This document shows, piece after piece, positions 55,719-64,000 of a stretch of 64,000 nucleotides of DNA. Source of the stretch: Takakia lepidozioides. Taxonomy: Eukaryota > Plantae > Bryophyta. Position 1 is the stretch's first letter; every line of letters starts with the position of its first letter. The stretch is from positions 32,860,001 through 32,924,000 of the forward strand of contig CM060734.1 of NCBI GenBank assembly GCA_030704615.1, written 5' to 3'. The notes under the pieces were generated by a model. It was not told where the DNA came from and searched no databases. It was given only the letters and a program-made list of their open reading frames with translations. Made by a program: the position numbers and the translations under genes.

Positions 55719-58700
55719 CTAGCCCAACCGTGCTTCTCGCTGTAGTACCTGCCCATATGACAGAAATCGTTCACTTGCATATCCAACGTATATCAATTAA
55801 TGACCACCATAAGATGAAATGACAGCAGCTAGAGTCCCTATTACTTATGCTACTGTAATGTGCAGGGAAGTTACAGATGGCAGCAAACACTTCGGAGTAC
55901 GTGTTGTGGCTTGAAGATGCCTCCCTCCAGATTAGCATACGAAAAGGGTTGATGCTCTTCAGCACAGTATGATACATTGGTAGGGCAGCCAGAATGCTTT
56001 AGAGGTTTTGTAAGATCGTACTACAGCAAGAGCATAGGATTGACAAGAAGATCATTTTAATTAACCATCTGAGATCAGCTAGTTCTGGCAGTGGGCTGTG
56101 AAATTTTCATCTCAGTGTGTGTTTAAAGCCACTATAATCATCCTCACAATAATTTTAATAAGTGCTCGTTAGCCACATCATTCCAGTACCTATAACAAGA
56201 AATATTGCTGCATCATCTTATTGCAACTCGTACCCCACACATTTGTCTGCTGCATCAATCTAGTGTCCAGTCCTGACATAGGAGACATACCTCTTCAGAA
56301 AATTTGATAAGAATGGTAGTTCGGGGCCGTGTTTGCCCCTCGACTGCTACAAAATGTGCTGTCACCCGTGCTGGGAACCCTGCCCCATCCAGGACACCCT
56401 GTGCCAGGTCCAGAGTGTCTACTCATGAGAGAGAGAGAGAGCGTGGATAAATTCCTTGTATAACTCTGCTTTCCTTAGCTTTGTGGCAGTAGACCCTGAT
56501 TAATACAGCAGGCAAAGCTAGGAGAGGGGAAGACAGCATCATGGGGACACTATCAGCACAGAAAACCCACTTCGGTTGTAGGATTATCATTAAATCTGAA
56601 ATTGATTCTGGTCTTGCAAATTTATACAGAAAGTACCTACCCGTTTGCATCCCCATTCATCTCATTTCTCCCAGGATTCAGACCTAAGCTCTTGGCATTG
56701 TCCCTAGCCTCTCTCTCAAAGAAAAGAGGTGCAGTGAGTCTTTTTCAAGCTTCCAAAGAGAATCCTGTTAGAAGAGTACCCATGACAATAAATAAATAAA
56801 AATCACTGTCCTCTACCTGGCTTGAACCTGTCTACTTCAAACAAAGTGGTCATATGTTCCTGGTGCAGCTGGTGCAGGTCCTGTGAAAGGTTTCCTTTTT
56901 CCCATTTCAATTCATAACTATACAGAAGTAGGAAACCTACTCACTTTGATTTTCAGCATGGGGCTCAGTGTGGAAACATAGAATTAGTGCCACTTGTCCG
57001 TGCCTGGCTCTAGCTATTTCACTTTATGAACAGCAATTCCACTGTTGCCTTACTAATCTTGGCCTCAATCTCTCCCACAACTTCTCTGGGAAGAAGAGAG
57101 AGCGAGATGTGTGGTCACATCACATCACACCAGGTGTGTGGTTTCTGTGACTGCGGTAACCTTATTTTATCTTGCCAGCCATGCACATGTGAAAGAGAGA
57201 ATATATCATTTTATTACACGGCAAATTCAAATTGTCACTAAACAGTTACTTCACATTAAAGATAAGATGCAACAAAGGGCTGGATTTTAAACGTAACCTG
57301 TTTCATCAAAAAATGCTTTTCACTTACCTTCACAATACCCGCCACGAAGGCACCACAATTGAATGCACCCATATCTTTTGGTATTGAAATGAATCTGCAC
57401 CCCAAAAGCCAAGAATTTCAAAGCAAGTTCACAGCCCCATAAAGGAATAAAAAAGACTCCCTAGCCAGAAACTGCAGCTGGCCCAAAAAGTCAGATCTTG
57501 ACACAAACATGTGTTTATCAAGCTTTCCCTGTAACCATTGGCAACAAGTAAGTTTTTGTGGATACAACCCTCTCAGGCCAGAAGCAGGGTTTCACAAGCA
57601 GGACATCAACTTTAGACTGGAATTGCAAGAGTCACGCAGAGCTGACAACAATCCAGTGAAAGGGGTTGAGTATTCACTTAAGGGAGAATATTAACATCAT
57701 GTCAATCCCATCACAGCCACAGCAGCCCTCTACCAATAAACGTGATGCTTCCCAGAGAGAAGGTAGGAGATCTGCACCTGTTCACAAGTAGTTCTTTCTC
57801 GCTTATCATGTATTCATCTTCATGCTCGGTGCCTTTCTCCAACGAGTCTGCCACCTATTGAATCCCTCCCACAACCACAATTACGACATTATGTAGGCAA
57901 ATTAATGCGTTACAGAGTTAAGACAAACCAATGAAATTTAACACCATAGGGGATGGGTGCCTGATGCTTTAATATCACCCCTACTGACTGCAGACCTCTC
58001 TATTGACATGGCAAAGCAGGAGGAACTTCTAAGCACGATTCTGGGTGAGATCTTTCGAACAGAGTTTAAATAAAAGTAAGTACACAGACCTTTCCAAAAA
58101 GTGATTTCCACACAGTGCTGTGAACAAAGGAGAGAATTCCCAACAATCTTGTCTCTCTCCTATTACTCTGCATGCCGACACCATTGTCAAAGAAGAATTT
58201 TTAACCAGGACTGTATTATACATATTTGATAGATGAGCTGATTATGTCCCCGAGAACTTTTTTCATTCCTAAACTTTGGCTAGACACCTATTTGAGGCTG
58301 AATAATTGCACTATAGGGGCTAACTAACTGTCACCTTTTCTCGGTGGCATAGAAGCTCCAGAGCCCGAATGCCGACAGCATAGCCTGCATCCTCTAATCT
58401 GATTTTCACCCCAGCCCACACATCACATATGCGCACTGTCATTGCAAAGATCCCTGAAAGCCCTTTTGCCCCTACTGTTGGAGGACCAAATCCCCCATCC
58501 AAATTTCCGTCCCCCTCTCCTTCTCTTTCTACAAGGTCAGAACTAAATAAAGGGGTTCGCCCCTTTTGAAGATCCTGCCACAATGACAACCCTACCTAGG
58601 AATCAACACTGATTTCTACGGAAGTCAATGTCTACAGTAACTCCACCCCCAAAAAAGAGTCTTATTCAAACTAATATTTCAGCTTTGAGATCATGGACCG

Positions 58701-59309
58701 TCACCTAAATTTGACCCAACAGGGTAGGGAGAATTGCCTTCCAGGAGTTTCAGTGTTGATCTGACACTGGCATTTGTCATCACACTATATGCATGGTGGT
58801 GATCCCAGCGCTGCTACCGTGGCCATGCACTGCTTACAGACGAGTACACAGAGAGGGAGAGAAGGGAGAGGAGACCTGCGCTCAAGTTCGGCAATGTTGT
58901 CGACGCGCGTCTGGTTATACTGCACGAGCTCCGAGAATAGAAAAGCAAACGCACTCAGACTGACCTGCAGATAACCCACCACACTCAATTTACTCAATTC
59001 AAGTGCACAAACCAGCCTTGGAAGCAATTCGGAGTGAAGGTGGCCATTTTCCCACCAGATGAAACCATCCCTCGCACAGCGATTAGACCTGGTTTTACTT
59101 TTTGGACTCTGCTAAAAATCTATGGAATTTTTTGCAAAAGCTTTCCTCCGATTATTCAATATCGCTATGCCAAAATCTGTAGTGTAAAGACTCCTGGAAC
59201 CCTTCAGCAGAACAATGATTGGAGGGACAAAATGTACCTCAGCTTTGCCTTTGCCGAGCGGTCTGTCAACCACATTCACATACTGCTTTGCTCGCCCCAC
59301 CCCTAACAT
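55719..59309 (-). CDS. TRS31: TRAPP complex subunit 5 (Trs31). Exons 59309-59238, 58964-58876, 58398-58335, 58167-58090, 57854-57778, 57394-57328, 56398-56291, 55748-55719; 194 aa
   Basis: All introns are GT-AG and in phase (585 nt total). Motifs VSLSAFAFLFSELVQY, LEDAGYAVG, NRFISIPKDMGAFNCGAFVAGIV and TTILIKF. Confidence 0.95.
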
Positions 59310-61817
59310 CCTCCCCTCTTTGTCTGAATCACTCGGCCACAAACACACAACAAGATCACGTCCTGCGAACCTCTAAAGGATCCCTCGAGCTTCGTTTTGT
59401 GCTTGTCTTCTGCTCCCCCGCATTCCAACCTCCTGAGCACTCTCAGATTGAGGTGACGATTCAGATGCCAACTCAGGTGACGTTCGATATGACGTAGTTA
59501 TTACATTATAATGTAATGTTCTCATCCTTGGCCTACACACTCTCTGTCTCTCTCGCTCTCGCTCTTCATGTCTTGTCTGCGGCCGCGTCTTCCACGACTG
59601 CAGTGAAGCGGCTGGTAGCTGTAAGACGGGATGTTACTGGCCTATTGAGACGATTCGGCTCTTCATGGCCAGTCATCCATGGCCTACTCCTCTTTCCTGC
59701 GGTGGAATGATGATGCCTAGTCATGAAGTTCGAGTTTAATCAGTGTAAGGTGCGAGCGGGAGAGGATAGCTGCTGGAATAGAGCTGATCTGAACCTAAGC
59801 GTTCAGAGAACAGGAGATTATTGGCATGTTACAGCGATTTAGATCTTCATGAAAAGTAATCAATTGTAGGACCTATTCGCCATATTGTTCCGTGGTACAT
59901 CTGTGGTTGGAAGGTGTCTCCTGCAGGGCTCCTGCAGTAGACTGTTGAAGCCTGGTCATCAAGAGTTTGACAGGGAGGTTTGGAGGTTCCTCCGCCCAGA
60001 GATTTTCTACGAAAAGTCCACTTGGATGTCGGGTGATTAGAACTAATTGAGAGGTTTCGTAATTCTTCCATCTGCGGACGTCTCATAGGGACTCTTCTCG
60101 AAAATCCCCGGGTGAGAACTCCCACCTTCAACCATGAGAAAAACAGTAGATACTTCCGGATGGAGAACTCCCGCACCTTCCCAATGGGAGAGAAACGTAT
60201 GCAACTGTTCCACCACATTACTTGTGCAATGGTAAAGGTTTAAAATTCCCGTTTTCTTCTAATTTCTGCCTTGTCCCCCACCACTAAGATCAACAACAAT
60301 GGGCCCCAATTGATGTACTGAGAAGGTTACATCAGCGTTGACAAGTCCTGAATGCATAGAGTCCCTCTGCTTATCCATTTCATTTCCACAAGGTGAGCTA
60401 AATTGTAAGGTCCCATTTTCTTTTCCAAATGTGTCCGTGGATAGCATTTGTGACAGCATCTACAAGAGCAGGTAGACTGAGAGCTTGCTCTTCTTGTGAC
60501 AGTGCTCACTTTCATGTGCAGTATCCAACTTCCATTGAAAAGAGAGGGTATTAAAATGGGATGAAAGTATTCAGGCTCCAACAATTCCACGAGGAGCCAC
60601 TTGCTGTGAAACTCGAAAATTCCGGTTTTCAGTTGCCCTCTCCATGAGAAATTACAACACCTTCATGCTTCATGTGCAAGGCCCAAGGATGGATAGTCAA
60701 CTGAAGCATTTGTTTGGCAACAACAAGACAGGCTGCTTCACTCCAACAGCAATCAGAACTTCAGCAAGCTTCCATGCAGCTCCCTGAAGTAATCAAATGA
60801 AACTTGTTCAGTCTACTTGGTAATGCCTCTTCAAGTTATGCCCTGTTCTCCACTTATTCTCCTCATTCTACCTTGACCCTCCATGTATAACGTCTACCTG
60901 CCAAAAGAGCTAAAGGGAAGAAAGGAAGAAAGAAACTGTACAATGTCCATGGAAAGCTCAGAGCTTCTGGGACAAAGGAAGTTGGATACCAGGACACGAA
61001 ATAAACCAGATATTTCCAAAAAAAGAAAAAGGAAAACTGCAGAATTGTAAGAGAATCTAAATGAGAATCTAAATAAATATAACGAAATTTGGGCCATCGG
61101 AGGAGTGGAAGAAGATGATGGAAGAGAATTGCGAGGGTTTTTGCAAGAGAGTGCGGGAGTGTGAAGCATGCAGGGGCCGGGGTGGAATCCCTCATTGTCG
61201 CTTCCTTCTCAGCCTGAAACTAGCAGGAGCATACTTGTATCTCCCACGGTCTTTTGCCTCATCCCTCTCAAGTGCTTCTCATTTCTCGTTTCTCGATTTT
61301 TGCCTTGTCACTTGGTCGGTCGCTCTGTCTCCAATAAGATGCAAGCCTCATTCTTTCCTCAAAATTCAATTGCTTTTAGAGAGGGAGAGGAGTGTTTCAA
61401 ATTCAGGGTTTAAGGACAATGGTCCAGGCCGTCTTCTCTCGCAGAAAGCAGCCGATAATTTTGTATCTCCTTGATACCTCTCTCTTTATCTCTCTCTTGC
61501 GGACATCATGATGTCTCTCTCTCTCTCTCTCTCTTGGAAGGGGTTCCTGTGTCATATCGTTGAGTTGGATATCGCAAAAGGAAATGTCTAATCTTGCAAA
61601 TGGGATCTCGTTGGCTAGTGCAGATAAGCTATGATTGAGATTGTTAGCCAATGGGAGTGGATAAATCATTACACATTTGCTGTAGCTGTATCATGACACT
61701 TTTGTGAGACGGTATAACTAATTGGACAACCAGAAGAAACTGATTGTTTCTTTTTGTGGTCTTGGTTATGTAATGCAGCACAAGAGACAGGGTGCTCGCA
61801 CACCCCAGATGATAGGG

Positions 61818-63625
61818 ATGGAAGTCAGGAGTTCCGCCCTCACCAGGCTGGCCGCCATTGGCCGTCACATGTCTCCCTCCAACTGCTCTACGTCACATGT
61901 ACGAATTCAACACAAAATTTGTGTGGCCTTATTGGGTTTCATTACCCAAATAAAAAGCTCATTTCAGACATTTGTTTGATCTCATATGATATTACAGTGG
62001 ACACTATGAATCAAATTGATGCGTGACAGATCCGGGTATGAAGAATAATCCAAAAAGAAAAGACAGGAATGGATGGAGTCTGTGGAAGTGTTTGGAGTCA
62101 TGTTGGTGTTAATTTTATTGGCCATGAGCTCATGCATAAGTCTGTGGAGGTGTTTGGAGTCATGTTGGTGTTAATTTTAAGGGTACTGCATGTGTTTCAG
62201 GGTTCTTTTGAGGGATCGGAAGACCTCAGAATCAGAGTTGAAACTCGGGTGCGCAATGCCCTTGCAGAAGGCTTGCCCATAGTTGCCCTAGAATCAACCA
62301 TCATATCACATGGTAATGAGGAGGGGCCTGCTGTCAAATTTCTCTTTTGCAATTGCTAATGTCTGAAACATCTAATAGGGTGTTGCAGTGCATCTTTGGC
62401 ATAAAAAGTGATGCTAGACTACTCTCCATGACTGCTATAAAGATTCTTGCGGGATGGGCTTCAACAGGTGGCAAGAGCTAATGCTATATAGTCTTGACGC
62501 AGGAATGCCTTATCCAAAGAACTTGGAAACAGCAAAAGCGGTTGAGACTATAGTGCGCCAGACTGGTGCTACTCCAGCCACAATCGCTATCATCAATGGT
62601 GTCCCCTGCATTGGTTAACCCTTTCGCCTTTCTCTGAAGTATCCCCTTGTTTCTTTTTTGGGTTTAGTAGTTGAAGTTGTTGGACCTCTTTCATAAACAT
62701 GTGGATTCCATAGGTCCAGCTCCAGGTTGCTATCAAGGAAACATTTTACCTGTGAAGTTAACTCTTGTTATTGGATTTGGCGATAGGTCTGACCGAGGCT
62801 GAATTGGAACAGCTTGCTCAACTGGGGCCTAAGGCAACCAAGACTGCTCGTAGAGATATTGCACATGTTGTAAGTGTCAGCCTTGTTTATTATGTATTGC
62901 TCTCACAGGTACATAGCTTCAGATATCCTGTGTTGCACCACTATCTGCAGGAACTACCTACCTGGTGTTCACTCCTGGTTGCCATTATCCCATTTAGCAC
63001 AGGTATGCGCCGCATAGGATAGGATAGCTGACTTCAGACAAGATAGGACCAGAGTGTAAAGTTGTTAACCATGTGCAGCTTGTCATGTGCCAATCTGCCC
63101 CTGATAGGATAGAAGTACCTGCTAGTTCAAATGGAGCTTTAGCATATATCTGTCCTTTTCTCGATGAGCACAAGAAAATATGGTGCATATGCAGATCTTC
63201 AGGTTCTTCATCTCTCTTTCCCTCCCGACGACGAAATGAGTCTCCTTTTTCTGTTTGCTTTCTTTTGCAAGTTGGCAGGGGTCTGAGAAAGACATCCGTA
63301 AGTAAATATTTCATGTGACTTGTACACAGATTGCAAAGAAATTAACGGGGGCAACCACAGTGTCAGCCACTATGTTTTTCGCTGCAAAGGTTAGCTCTCT
63401 CTCTCCCTCCCGCCCTCCCTCAGCCTGCAATGCCTGTAATAAAGTTGTTTGGTCATTGCTTGATTTGGTTTTCATGTTATTCATCATGCCATTTGTAATC
63501 ATCTTTGATATTCAGAATGTCAACCATTGATAGATTCATAAAAGGCCGAATTGTGTGAGTGTAGGTGGGCATCAATGTGTTCGTTACTGGAGGGATTGGA
63601 GGGGTCCATCGACATGGTGAAACAA
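61818..63625 (+). CDS. PUMY: Pseudouridine-5'-phosphate glycosidase (PsuG/IndA family), 5' part. Exons 61818-61898, 62201-62312, 62503-62613, 62787-62869, 63330-63389, 63565-63625; continues beyond the window
   Basis: [40 protein letters not shown] and [11 protein letters not shown]. The N-terminus has the PTS2-like RLAAIGRHM and introns are in phase. Confidence 0.92.
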
Positions 63626-64000
63626 GTAAGTAAATTCAGCTCACTTTTTGCAGTCCTTTCAACTGAGGATATTTTCATACCTTACTTACACTGGTTCAAC
63701 AGCAGTGTTCCAGATGTCGCAGAACCTAATTCAGGACAAATTTCACATTGGAGGTTGTTGGGATGTCTTGGTGGCAATATTTGCACATCCTGTGTGCATA
63801 TCAACCTTTCACTGCTGTTTTGGCTGGAGTCAGTTCAAAGACCGATCCTTTTTGGACTCAGTTCTGCCCCTCCTTCCCTTTCTCGAAGTGTGGACAACTA
63901 ACGCAGAGATTGGTGATGCGTGACAGCTATGGATGTTTCATCTGATTTGACGGAACTTGGTAGGACTCCAGTCACTGTTGTTTGTGCGGGAGTCAAATCT

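Noticed and set aside
59500-61700. Short ORFs between TRS31 and the glycosidase
   Set aside because: No motifs; the region is consistent with divergent promoters, UTRs and CT microsatellites.

Overview
Eukaryotic nuclear DNA from a land plant, probably a non-seed, bryophyte-like species (inferred from the genes and transposon families, not proven). Four intron-containing host genes flank a nested transposon block of about 47 kb (~2.9-49.7 kb). The genes are the last two exons of a peroxisomal short-chain dehydrogenase (IBR1/SDRa-like, ending in SRL), thylakoid TatB/HCF106 (-), TRAPP subunit TRS31/TRAPPC5 (-, 8 exons, 194 aa) and the 5' part of a pseudouridine-5'-phosphate glycosidase (+). The block holds three main components. 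(1) A TSD-bounded 14.4-kb LINE (7741-22182, -) with APE and restriction-like endonucleases, RT and RNase H, i.e. Dualen/RandI architecture. It also carries a chromodomain and a PCIF1-like adenine-methyltransferase-like segment, and it split a ParB-like ORF inside an unclassified element rich in CG palindromes and Pol II CTD-like heptads. (2) Two related Ty3/gypsy elements with gag, protease, DDE integrase and a PHD finger; one keeps partial RT and the other keeps the start of a C5-DNA methyltransferase. Both have an unusual permuted terminal structure, B-internal-PPT-A-gc-B-t-A. This is what a 2-LTR circle would look like if opened at an internal palindromic GACA-GC-TGTC site, and it is the most striking signal in the window. 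(3) MULE, Harbinger, hAT and piggyBac-like DNA elements, a solo LTR and SINE-like relics. All domain calls come from motif recognition by eye; no database search was run.
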